A stretch of DNA of 64,000 bases, from contig OX597827.1 of the NCBI GenBank assembly GCA_951406725.2, positions 53,010,001 through 53,074,000 of the forward strand, given 5' to 3'. Position numbers and translations under genes: made by a program. Shown one piece after another: positions 39,621 to 52,900 of the stretch. The stretch is from Octopus vulgaris (taxonomy: Eukaryota). Numbering within the stretch: the stretch's first letter is position 1; each line of letters begins with the position of its first letter. Under the pieces are notes generated by a model that worked only from the letters and a program-made list of their open reading frames with translations, was not told where the DNA came from and did no database searches.

Positions 39621-40992
39621 TGTGTCAACGTCACCATTACATGTGTATACCCTAGTTTTACAGCAGAGAATCTTACTACACAATATACGTGACGTCATTA
39701 CCTGACTTCGTGGTCTCACATCAGGAATGACTTTTGAAATTCTCGATCTAATAGTCGTCGAAGGCGCCAATTTCAGATACATACTATTTTAATTAAATAA
39801 ACTCATGTCTGATTTTTTAAATTTGATATAATTTTTATAATTAAACCGATAGCTTAATTTTCTTGTCGTTGTAACTACTACTTAGTATCGATTGAAAAAA
39901 TAGCCAACGAGTGAACCTCTGATGAATCTATGGGTGTTTGATCTGCTAGAAATAGCAGTCAAATCCTCATCCCACACTCTATCTTTAAAAATTAGTGTTA
40001 AGTTCATTTGAAACGAAGAGTGTTTATGCTTTTCATCTGAGAGTAGATAAGACAAGATTGTAATTGGTGCTCAATTCGATTCTTGTCCATTCTTTCTGTC
40101 TAGTGAGATCGATGTGATGTTCAATCCTTATTAAAAGAAAGGGAAGGCTACATGGAATAATGTTGTCAACAGTACACTATGGTCAGAATAAAAGACAGGA
40201 TGGTCATAACCAGAACGTCTTTGATCATAGGTCCGCTAAATCATGACCGAAACAAAATGACAAATATAAAAAGTCTGGGATCGCTTTCACCATAGGTCTG
40301 ATCGATCAGATATTTAAGACAACGTTCTTAAATATTTCTCTGAACGGTTTCTAGATACATATATTTTTTTCGTTTGTGCAACATATATAGTTAAATCTAC
40401 CAAAATGTTCATTTTTTTTCTCATTTAATATATAAAAATTAATATCTATATAACTTATATTTGACTGAAGTTACAAATTTATAATAGAATGTATAATCAA
40501 TTTCAGGTGTTGATTTGTAATTATTTTATGGAAACGATCTGAGCAAAAGAAAATAAAGTAACAAATATTGTGTGACTATCCATCTGAATCTTTCCATTAT
40601 TTTTGTAAAATTCACACATATAGTGAGTATAGTTAGCATACGAATTTTTATTGGCATAGTAAATTTTTTTTTAATATACAAACGTCAACCTCCTCTGTTC
40701 ATCCTTCCAAAAAAACTTAACGATTTGTGTCGAAGTAATAAATCAATAGCGTTACAGTACATACAACTATATAGTACCTTGCAACTCTAGAAATTTAATA
40801 GATAAATGTAATATCTAGGATGTTAATACATTTAAATTAATTTCCCGCCACTAGAGTTAACCAATAAAATCAGCTGATAGATTTATTTCCGGAAGTTGGG
40901 ATTTTTTGAGGTGTCTTCCGGAAGAGGACCATGCTAATAAACATTTTGTTCTTGAACAAACAGGATTTATATTAATCACTTAAAAAGCAACC
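39590..40992. promoter_or_regulatory. Divergent promoter region between NF-YA and SNRPG
   Basis: YY1 AAAATGGCG 39592-39600; perfect CRE TGACGTCA 39690-39697; CCAAT 39767, ATTGG 40063, CCAAT 40861; E2F-type TTTCCCGCC 40841; two ETS-type palindromes TTCCGGAA 40887-40894 and CTTCCGGAAG 40915-40924 just before the SNRPG ATG. Confidence 0.75.
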
Positions 40993-43900
40993 ATGAGTAA
41001 GGCACATCCACCAGAATTGAAGAAGTGAGTAATTTTAAATATTTTACTTTTTAAACATGTATATTCTTTTCTTATATCTACTCTTACTCTAGTTTCTGAT
41101 ATATAGTTTGCTGGTTTAATATATTTGGCGGTCAACAGCCGGGAAATCAATGAATCAAATATATCTACTTTTAATATTTTAAATATTAAGAGAGGTTTAT
41201 ATGTAGTGGTTAAACTAGAATTCCGCCTTTGATTTTTTACTTTCTTTGAAAGAAAACAAAAAATTGTATATGTTTTGCTTTCAAATTTGACGGAGGTTTT
41301 AAGTTGCCCATCCTCACTGCACAGGTTGGACGTGCACGTGTTTTTAACAGTGATAACGTACCTGGTAGTTCATTTGTATTTATGTTGTGAATGTTCTGTT
41401 TTATCACTCAATCTGTTTGAAAGTTATGGCTATTATATTATATTGCGGCATTGCAAAACAAATGCTTCAGGTGCTTTGTCTACAAGCGTCGGCGATCATG
41501 CACCTCCATCCCTCATGTCCCACTTACTACGGTATTGTAGCACGTATTAGTCAAGATGATTGCTGAAAGTGTCGAGTGTTATTTCACGTTTGTATAACAC
41601 TGTTTACACATTAGCTACGTAATATAGTATCAAATACCAAATGCTGACTAAAGGCGGCATATAACCCTTTTGAACTACGATCTCGCACACTTGAAATTTA
41701 GAGTTGAACTCCATTATAGACAAAAGACGAGAGAACTTTTGATCATAGACCGGATCCTTTTTTTTTTTTTTTTTTACACAGGAACACACTATATCGAGGG
41801 CGGAGATTCCGAATCTGCGAAAAAAAAATTTGCAAAATTTCAATTTTTTTCAAAAAAATTAACACCCGTCCTATGACAAGAAGTGAAATTAAAAGTGTTT
41901 TCTGTAATGTTTCACGCATACATAAAATTATAAAATAGCCGACACAAAGAGTATCTAAACAGAAAACCTGGTATGCTAGAAACGTTTTCAAAATTTTAAT
42001 TCTAATTAGCAAAGAAGAAAAAATTTCAAAACTTAAATTCCACTCCTCTCCCCAATTTCTTCATTTTTCACTTATTTTAGAAATATTTTTGGCGAAATAC
42101 GGAGTTATGATTCTAAAAAAAACATTAAAAACATTGTTTGTAAAATTTTAATTTTTCAAAGAAAGCACCCATCCCCTCCACCCTATGACAGAAAGTGAAA
42201 TTTCCTCCCCCCTTTTCTTTGCCAGAGGGGCAAAGAATGAAACCGTGTTTTGGGGGTTTTCAAAATCTTCAGGTTAGGGTTAGGATGTTAGTTACTTGGA
42301 TACTGTCTTCAGAGTCTAAATGATTTCTGTATTGAGAAAAATGATACTGTTTCATCAAAATTAAGGTCCTTTGATGATCTGTCTTGTTTTGAAATTCCAT
42401 ATAAGCTGTTGTAGTCTTTCTGGTATGTTATCTATTTTGCAGTTAATGAGTTTCACAACTCAACTGATGCTATGGAGGTCAAGCTTGGAAAGTAATAATT
42501 TTGTTAATATATTTTCGAGTCATTGATATACTTTGTTTCTTCACAAATTTCAAAAAGCGCTGCTAGTTTTGGTATTTTTCTGGTTCCAGTACAAAAGATC
42601 CCTAATACTGAAATTTTACCTCTTGCAATTCACTCCATTGATGGCATTGCCTCTTTTGAAGATAGTCAATAAACAATATTCCTTTTGCATCCCTAAATAC
42701 TGAGGACATCACCTTCCCTGCAGATGAAAATGAACTTGGCCTTCTTGGAGCAGATGAGGAGGTGTGTTTCCACTGCATGGATAGTCTCTTTGTCTCTGGC
42801 TTAAGGTGAAGAAGCCAACACTCATTCTGGGTTAGAAAACATTCAAGGAAACCAGCTGGATCTGCTTGATACAATGTCAAATTTTCCAGTGGTATGATCA
42901 CCCTGGTACACTTTTGATCAGGTGTCAGAAGACATGGCACCCACTGAATAGAAACTGTCATGCCAAGTTTGTTGTGCAGAATATCCACAACTTTGTCGTG
43001 GAATATGCTAATAGCATTGGTTATTTGATTTATGGTTAATTGCCTGTCATCCATCAGTACATGGTGAGCACAATCAATGTTATCCTTGGTGGTAGCAGTT
43101 GCAGAACATCTAGACTTTTGGTCATCTTCCAGACTCCCTTCTAAATTCAGCTGCCTTCTTTTGCACTATTGATAAAGTTGGATGTCATCCTGTAATGTAG
43201 CAACCATGTCTCAGCATGAATGTCCTTGGAGTGGGAGTCTAAATCCTTTTTCTGCAGGTACTTGATAACATCACAATGCCTAATTTTGTCCACTTCTTTT
43301 ACAGAAGTCAGTACTAGTTCTTCTGAAATCTTCTTAGAACATTGAAATTTCAGTTTATGTGAAAAGAAACAATGCAGTTATTAATGAGAAGGGTTGATAG
43401 TAACGCATGCAAAATTTCACAGCTCTGGCATCACTTCTTCATAGTCAGCCTATGACCTCTTTTCAGCCTATCCTCATAGGTTTATTGAATTGGAGTCAAT
43501 AAAAATGCACTGACTCCAACATAAATACTGCTTCATCAAATTTAATGTCCAGTTGAACCTGTTAAACTTATAGGTAAACCCTCAAAATTAAACTTATTCA
43601 TAAACTATCTTTTGTCATAACAAAGGAACAAGTAATGATATGATTTTATTAATGAATGAAAGATATTGCAATAATTCCAAAATGAAATGTTAAATACTGA
43701 ACTATAATTCCAATTGTCCATGATGTAAGTGAATAAGACTGTACTAAAAACAAGCACCCAAAAGTGGAAAAAGTGTATATCCATAAAATGTCACCTGATA
43801 GTCAATAATATGTCATACGATTGGATGAATAGGTATTAAGGTAAAATGATAATTGATGTGAGAGTAGGATAATGTCACGGGATTGGATGAATTAAAATAG

Positions 43901-46900
43901 ACAAACTGTTTGTGTCAAGAGTCAAGACAAATGGGGTTGTCTCATCCTCCTTTTTATTAAAAGATGAATAATTGGTATATGAATAAGTTTTATTTTGAGG
44001 GTTTATCTGTATTTGCTCAGCAGGTTTGACTGGACCTTAAATTTGAAGTGGTTTTAATTAAGTATGAATATCTTGAATTTTTGTCTTTCCTCTGATCTTG
44101 GTTTATAAATAGTGGTGTTGACTGCTCTCTCATTCATCTTGACTGGTTAACGTGCCATGCCAAGGTGAAAGGTCCTATTACTTCCAGTATGATGTTGCTT
44201 CTCTACTTTATTGCTCGACCATCTTGCCACTTGGGATGACCTGTCGAGTATCAAGTATGTATACGAGATCTCCCCTTCTGTACTTTGGTATATTAGTTAT
44301 TTTAGGTGAATGCTTTGCATTTCATGGTTTCATCATTAGAAAAACAGTGCAAATTTTTTTCTGAAACATTATTTCTGCAGGTGGCTTGAATCTCTTTGCT
44401 AATCCATTGGATTGATGATGATATGAAGGCATTCTCACATAATTGATACTGTTTTCCTTACAAAATGTGAATTCTAGAGAAGTGAATTGTTTACTGTTAT
44501 CTGATACTAAGGCTTCAGGTAACCCAAAGTTTGAAAAAACTTGATATAGCTTTTGTATTGTGGGTGTTGTTGTTTGACTCAATGAAGGCTTCCAGTCATT
44601 TAGATAATGTGTTGACTAGGATTAAAAAGTAGTTCCCATTGTGAGGTCCTGCAAAATCTGTGTACTCTAGACCATGGTACTTGGAACTAAGGAATGCTTA
44701 TCTGAATAGTTAATTTCAAGGTTTTTTCTTTTGCATTTCAAACATGCTTGCATAAGAGACTCAATATCTTTAAGTGCTGGCTAATAAATGTAGCTTTTTG
44801 TTAAAGTAACAGGTAAAAATTTGGTTGAATCCATTAACACTTGGTGGATCTCAACTTCAATATTTGTACTAGTAATTATGTCATCATTGCTGAGTATTCA
44901 GTTACTGAGCGAGAAAGACTAACAGCAGGAGCAAAGGATCAAGTTGGTACATAATTTATATTGAAATTGTAGCCCAAAAGCATGGTTGTCCAGCATTCCA
45001 AACAATTTGCTGTATATATTGGTATTCTAGATTTTGAGCCAAATAAACTCAAGAATAGTTTATGGTCAGTTTAAAGAATGCAAGAAAATTTTTTTTTACT
45101 GCATAAACAAGTGCCAATGCTCCCTTTTCTATCTGAATATTTTTCAACTTTTGATAGACTATTAGAAGCATGCATAACTGACTTATCTGACCCATCAACC
45201 ATTTTATGCAAGTAATGAATTTAGTGGACCCACTATTTGATGCATATAGGATATAAATAAGCTGTAATAACTAACCATTTGTAAAAGAAGAATGTAGTTT
45301 AGTTATGTCTGTGGGTGGTGGCAACAGCGTGATAATTGCCGTTTTTTCAGGATCTGGAAAACATTCATCTTCTTCATGACAAAACCCAAATATGCTAATT
45401 GAGGAAGTATTTATTGTTAGTTCTTTTGATCCATCACCTATAGCTATTTGTGAATATGCCCCTGCTAAGTTAATCTTGCAAATAGGTCTTCAAGACAGTG
45501 ATGTAGTTCTAATAAATCATTAAGTTCTGCAGAGAAATCAACGCATATGTAGGAAATCTTGCAAGCATGAAGTGGATTCGATCCACCATAGCTAAATTTA
45601 AATTAGCAGTTCAACAGAACTTTTCTCATGGCAGAACAATGGTTTTTCTCTGACAGCAGTTTTACATTTGCCAGATTGCTTTTAGCTACGCCGAAATAAT
45701 GTCTTCACCACTTGACCCTTATAACTTCTTCTACTTCACCAAAAGCTAGAATAGGGGTATCACAGTACCACCAATGAAGCCCATTGTTCTCAACGATGTG
45801 TCTACCTTCTGGATAGTTATAAAAGCAGGAACCCCCATGCAAAAACCAGTAGTCACTTGGTGACAACTGAGTGAGTTGGCTAGTGACAACTTAATCATGC
45901 TAGAATCATGATCTAAAGCAAGGCAGCTACAATGGTCAGCAAGAGTAATGAAATTTACTGTCAGCAGCTATGAGACACCTTCCCATGACCCAACAACTTT
46001 CAGTAGCTCTAATTCTTTTCTCTTACAACATCATTCTATTGCTATCTGTGGATTACTATACAAAGAAAAATTTCACATCTAACTTTCTTTCACATGCTCT
46101 TGGATTTTATAATCTGTCCAATGAGGCAAGGTATTTTCATCGTAATGGTAAATAAATACTTAAAACTTCATGCATTGTCCATCTTTCACATCCTACAACA
46201 TGCCGTTATAACAAATTTTTATCGTTACAACTGTTGCCTCCAACATTTCATATTGTGTACCTAATCAATCATAAGAGTTACAATTTCATTTCAACCAATG
46301 AAAAATATAACCCTTAACCATTACACATATATGTATAGAGCCATTTGCTTTTTTTTACTATAACAATAGGTGATGTCCATGATGAATAATTCACTTTTGA
46401 TATTACATTAAAATTTTTATAGTCTATCCAGCTTGTTTTCAACTAGTGATAACAAAACATAAGATACTGGGCATTTTGTGCATAATTCTAAGCCAACATT
46501 GAAAATTGATTTAAATTCTTGTTGAAAAACATATTTTGATTATTGACTGGTTGGAAGCACACTTGGCTTTTTGCTCAGTAGATAAAATGACTGGTTTGCT
46601 GATTTTGTGCTATGTTGATTCAAAACCGAGGGTAATATCAGATGTGTCATGTCGTAAGCACATATATCCTTCTATCTGTACAGTAATATATATATATATA
46701 TTTTTTTTAAAGTGATTTTGCCTTCAAATGCGGTATAGACTTCATGTAAAATAATATTTTCTGCAGTTGATTGGTTTAATTTCGATTCCAATTTCACTTG
46801 CCCCAACTTGCTTCCGTGTTGGTGGCACGTAAAAAGCACCATCCGAAGCCAGTGCCGCCTCGGCTGGCTTCCGTGCCAGTGGCACATAAAATGCACCAAT

Positions 46901-49900
46901 CCGACCGTGGCTGATGCCAGCCTCGCCTGGCACCAGTGCAGGTGGCATGTAGAAAGCACCCACTACACTCACGGAGTGGTTGGCGTTAGGAAGGGCATCC
47001 AGCTGTAGAAACATTGCCAGATAAGACCGGAGCCTGGTGCAGCCTTCTGGCTTCCAAGATCCCCAGTCGAACCGTCCAACCCATGCTAGCATGGAGAACG
47101 GACGTTAAACGATGATGATGAATTGGGTTCAATGGCTTTTACTATATTCCTGGAATGAGTAAGACAGTAACAATAACCATTTTTATGTCCATAATTGTGA
47201 CAATTGAGGCATTTTTGTTCCTGTAAGGACAGTAATTTGCATAGTGCCACTCTAAAATATCAAGTTGCTGCTTGTCATGTTTTTGCATTTCTAAGGACTT
47301 GTTTTCTGTGTGCAATAAATTGAGATCTGCTGCACTTTCCATTTTTCTCTCATCGCCAAATAATGCTATAACATAGGAATATATAATGATACTGTATTCA
47401 GATAATGATTTTATTAATGAATGAAAAATATCTTATAATAATTCTGCTTGTTACTCTTTTACTTAGCCCATCCATAACACTTCCAGGTGATTTGTTGAAG
47501 GAGGAGGGAGAGGTGGTGATGAAGAAAATGTGTAATGTTTTCTTTTTTTGAACTAAGTTTTTTTTTCTACCATTACTTAGCCCATCTATAACACTTTCAT
47601 GTAATTAGATGGAGGGAAAGGTAAAGTGCAAAAGAAAAAGGAGAGAAAAAGAGGGTATGGTGAAGAGGGAGAGTGCTGTGTATTAAGTAATCATTGTATT
47701 CCAATTTCCTTCACTTTTCAATGATTAGCAGATGAGCGACTATCTTTTGATACAGACACAACACAGACTACCCTTTCAGATTTTTTAGATGAAGTTTTCA
47801 AAAATAACCCAATAAGTTTACCATTAATTCCATGAAATATTCACAAGTCCTGCTAGTTGTAATAATTCCAAAATGAAATGTAAAATGGTAAATTGTAATT
47901 TCAAATGTCCATGGTGTATATGAATACGACTACTAAAAACAGGCACCCTGAGGTGGAAAAAAAGTAAGTTCATAAAATGAGTCAATGTATAAATGTTGCC
48001 TGATTTTAAGTCAATAGTGTCATGCGATTGGATGAATAGGCATAAGCTAAAATGATAAATGATGTGAGAGTAGGAAAATGTCACATGATTGGGTGATTTA
48101 AAATAGACAATAAATGTTTTTGTCAAGACAACTAGGGTTGTCTCATCAGTCATTTGCAATATAACTTATTTCATTTAATGCAGTTTATATGCAACATTCA
48201 TTTAACTTATATTTTTAAACAATGCTTTAATTTCAGAAAGGAGAGGTCTATTTCTTTTAAAAATGGTCACTTGTTAAGTTGCTTTAACCCTTTAGTTACC
48301 AAATGTAATGCTAATTTTTTCACATGGTTTTGAATTAATCTTGCATTATCTCATGTCTTTGAGATTTCGATGATGTGATAGTTGATTTTTAGAATAACAT
48401 TGTAGGGTAGGTGTGAGAATCTGAATCTGGTCAATTTGAACATGAAACAAATTGAATATTTTGGCTGGATATGACCAATTTAATTACCAAAGAGTCCAAG
48501 TATTTGTAACTTAATGATTTACATTGGCTTTGTATGTTATGTGATCAGTCAATATAAGAAATGTATGGTTAGTGTTAGTATGTTTTTTTTTAATTTTCAT
48601 TTTCATGGAATTTTATCTCATGTATGTATTTTATAGAAGTGATGTAATGGGTGTGATCAGAAGGATTCTGATCACACCCATTAATCTTACAAAATAGGCA
48701 AAATTCTAGAGAAAATATCAAGTTTACACGGTAAGAATACTAATCAAATATCCCATTCTCATGTATGTATTTTATAGAAGTGATGTAATGGGTGTGATCA
48801 GAAGGATTCTGATCACACCCATTAATCTTACAAAATAGGCAAAATTCTAGAGAAAATATCAAGTTTACACGGTAAGAATACTAATCAAATATCCCATGGA
48901 GCCTGAACAGTTAAACATTTAGTTCAGAGATATGAATTAGTAATGCAGCTTCTAAAATCTAATTGGTTGCATGCTGGACAGAATTACTAAATTGGGTGCT
49001 ATTTAGGTTATTCAGTTTATAACCTAACCAAAATATACACCATCAGTCCAATCTTTTGCTTGCATTGGAAAATGAAACAAGTAACATCATGATCCTTTGT
49101 ATATGTTGTTGGTGTCACAACTATTGTACAAGTTCACAAAACACTTATCAATTATATATGGTTTCCAGATCAAACTGATGACAAGGTACTGAAAATTTTA
49201 TGTCCTATTTTCATATTGTGTACCATTAATAAATTATTTCTTTTTATGTTTCAGGTACATGGAAAGGAAGCTCTCTTGTGAGTATTATTATTTTCAGGCT
49301 ATATTTTTATGTTTTTTATAGAACACAGATCATTGTCATAATCATTTTGTGTCTGTCTACCATGTTGGCATGGGTGTATGGTTTTTACCACTCATTGTGG
49401 CCCCCATTATCTGGCAGTATAGGGAACTGGTTAATTTTGTATTTGTGTATATCTTACCAGTGTGCTCTGGTGTCTTTGTGCCTCTGGTACTAAGAAAAAT
49501 TGTTGGCGACAAGTTTGAAGAACCTCTTCTGTCTTGTATCAGTTCAGAGTTAATCCCTTCCCAGTCAAATAGACTGCTTAGTATCCATAGTTATTTGGTT
49601 ATTCAGTTTCAACAGCAATTAGGTGCATTTCACTATGACAAAAATATTTCACTATTATAAAAATATGACAGCAATGCCAAGAGTTCTTCATCAACTCAGA
49701 AACAATTAATAACAAGCCCTGACAACCTTCCAACTGAATGATAAAAAATTATGGTTGTGAACTTGCTGGCATTTTAACAGCGCTAGTCACTATATTATGG
49801 TTAGAAGAAATTGTACCTCAGAAATCAAGGATGCCCATATTCATGTGCTGCATAATCAAAGGGAAACTTTCACAAAAAGCCTTCTTATCTGCAAGTGGTT

Positions 49901-52900
49901 ATATGCTCACCAAAATTAGATTTTCCAGAACGTTAATCATCATTGATACTCACAACATCTTAACTGAATTGCTATTTGGGCTCCATTTTGGAAAATCTTC
50001 ACATGATATACAGTGTACTATTTTCCTTGTCTGACACGATAATTTGTGATACAGGATTTGATTATGACGATTGGGTGTCATGGTACAAGGAGTTCTATTC
50101 TCCAGAACCAGAGAGGCAGTGATCATTTCCAAACAAATTCTGAAGTGAAACAAGGTTGTATCCTATCACCAACATTTTTTTCTGCTTTATCTCAAGGAAA
50201 CTTTCATGAGAACTCAATGGACAGTAAACTGTTCAATATCAAGTAACAGAAATTTAGTTCAAATTCAAAAATAATGACAGCATGCAAGTTATTTTACTTT
50301 AATGATTGTGATATTGTTACCTGTTTAGAGATCCTGCAAGCACTTGCAACTAAAGTTTACAGAGCAAAGTTTATAACCTGCTGATTGATACAAGTAAAAC
50401 TGTAGTTATGCAACATAATATTTGGGTCCAGCCTGTTGCCTTGTTAACCATCATTAGTGGCTCTGACTTGCAATCCATATGTTATGAAATTACACCACAA
50501 ACAATACCTCATAAGATAAAGAAATAAAAGAACATACTGTGCAAAGTCAACTTTTAGTTCTCTATACAGAACACCTCTTTGACAAATCAAGAAATTTATG
50601 TCTGTATTAAATTGGTTGTAAACAAAGGAAAAGTGATGCATGTTTTTGTCTCTGTTGCTGTGGAACCTGGTCTCTATATACAGAATACAGCTAGCACATA
50701 TAAAGGCGGAAGTGACTAAACAGTGTGACCATTGAGAAAATTCAACTGTGAACAAAAATACTTTCCTAAGGCAATTTTTATTATTATTATTATGAGCTGC
50801 AAATGGGAGTCTGGTGACAGTTGGAACGAAAGAAGAGATACAATGGTCAACTTGAACATGCATTTGGTGTAAGATAATCCAGGCCTAAAAGGAGGAGCTG
50901 ACAATATATTTCATTGATAGGCACTGTGGGGTTCAGCATCAGCCAATAGTGTAAAAACCATGCAAGTATATTCACTAAATGAAACGAATAGGAAAAAACT
51001 CTGCTACTGAAAACCAGCAATCACCATCACCACCATATATGTGTGCCCCACATGTGCAAGAATATGGGTTTCAGGTCAGTTTTTACACACACGTGCACTT
51101 GCTCCTGCTGGTTAATATCATATGTATCATTAATAACATTTTCATTGTTGAATGTCTGTGTGTGTATCATCATCATCATCATCGTTTAGCGTCCGTTTTC
51201 CATGCTAGCATGGGTTGGACGGTTCAACTGGGGTCTGTGAAGCCAGAAGGCTTCATCAGGCCTAGTCAGATCTGGCAGTGTTTCTACGGCTGGATGTCCT
51301 TCCTAACGCCAACCACTCCGTGAGTGTAGTGGGTGCTTTTTACGTGCCACCCGTATGTGTGTATAAATATTAGTGAAGTTGCTAGACAAATTGTCTTGCA
51401 GCATCTGTTCTGAATTCCAATTCTGCCTATACACTGATAGTTAGGGCTGATCGTCAGTTCATCAGCCTCTCATCCAGTTTGCAATTGATCAGTTTCAGTG
51501 GTTTGACCTACAACGAGCTTGGATAAGCCAACAATAGCATGCTAAGGCTTTATCCAGTAGTTGATAAAAAAGAAAAAAAAAGATTAGAATGTGTATAGGT
51601 GTGTGCTTGCAGATAATTAGAACATCTGTGTCACAACTTGAAGAATCATGACCCTCTTTAATCCTTTTGCATTGGAATATCCTTCAAGGCACCACCCAAC
51701 ATGTTGGTCAAAATACTTAGCTGCATTTCTTCTGGCTCTTTACATACTGAATTCAAATCTTGCTGAGGTCAAGTTTGCTTTTCATTCCTTTGAGGTAGAT
51801 AGAATAAGGTACTAAACAAGTACTGGCGTTGATGTAATTGATGTGTTGCCTCCTCCCCTTCCCAATTTCCAAATGTAATTGGCATGTTGCTTCCTCCCCA
51901 TTCCAACTCAGGGAATATTGGGATCTTGATCACTTACATTCTATGGGAATCCTAGGGCTCAAGAAAAATTTAAAGTAGAAAAAAAAATCTGCAAGAAGAC
52001 CTCTTACAAATGGTCCTTTTGCCACCTGCAGTCCTGGTTGTGGTGCCTCCCTAGAGATGATTGTCACTGTTAACTATGACAAGTCTAGGCTTTTGTGTCA
52101 CATACTCTCATTACCTCAATTACTTTAACGATTTCTCTGCTAAAAAATGTCTACTACAAATACTCCAATACTTTTAACTATTCAGAAGAATTTCTACACA
52201 TGGAGAGATTATTATTTTCACTATCAATAACTGAGCACAACACTTGGCTATACATAAAGAATTTGATTCAATTAACTCGTCTCTCACAGCCATGTGTCAT
52301 GGAGAGAGCCTTAATCACCTCAGGCCTTTGCTATTTACTTCCCTCATCCTTTACCATCAAATTGATCATCCTTAGCAGCATCATGAGAAGACATGGTTTC
52401 TCAACTGTAAGAAAAGTGACTGCTCTAGGATGTTGTATGTTCTAACAAATCCAAAGAATTTGTCTTTCTCTGAATGTAAAAAGGGAGTACGGCTGTTAGG
52501 AAAGCCCCCCCCTTTTTTTTTTGTACTGTTGAGTTTAATTCTTTAATTTTTCTTTTTGCAGTGAAGCTTAATGGCGGCCGAACTGTAAGTGGCATCTTGC
52601 GTGGCTTTGATCCATTCATGAATCTGGTGATTGATGAATGTGTGGAAGAAACTAAAAATGGAGAAAAAAACCCCATTGGAATGGTGGTATGTATGGTTCT
52701 ATTAGTTGTATGTAAAATATCTTAATATTTTCCTTGATCCATAATACTGATTTATTAATTGGTACCAGGATAAAGGAGTAGTTTTATTGATTAAACTCTG
52801 GTATTTATTGTCTTCACTACTGGAGGGTGAGCTCAAATGTGGAAGGAGAAAAAGTTAAGCATATTACTGTTTCCAAAGAATTTTGTTTGTTTTGGGCTGT

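Noticed and set aside
46672-47092. Recurrent ORFs such as [24 protein letters not shown] and [18 protein letters not shown] (also at 1155, 14505, 62685)
   Set aside because: Spurious translations of the multicopy RTE tail, not a gene family.
48636-48672. GTGATG...CTGA resembling a C/D box snoRNA
   Set aside because: Imperfect C box, too short, and the D box is buried in the perfect stem.
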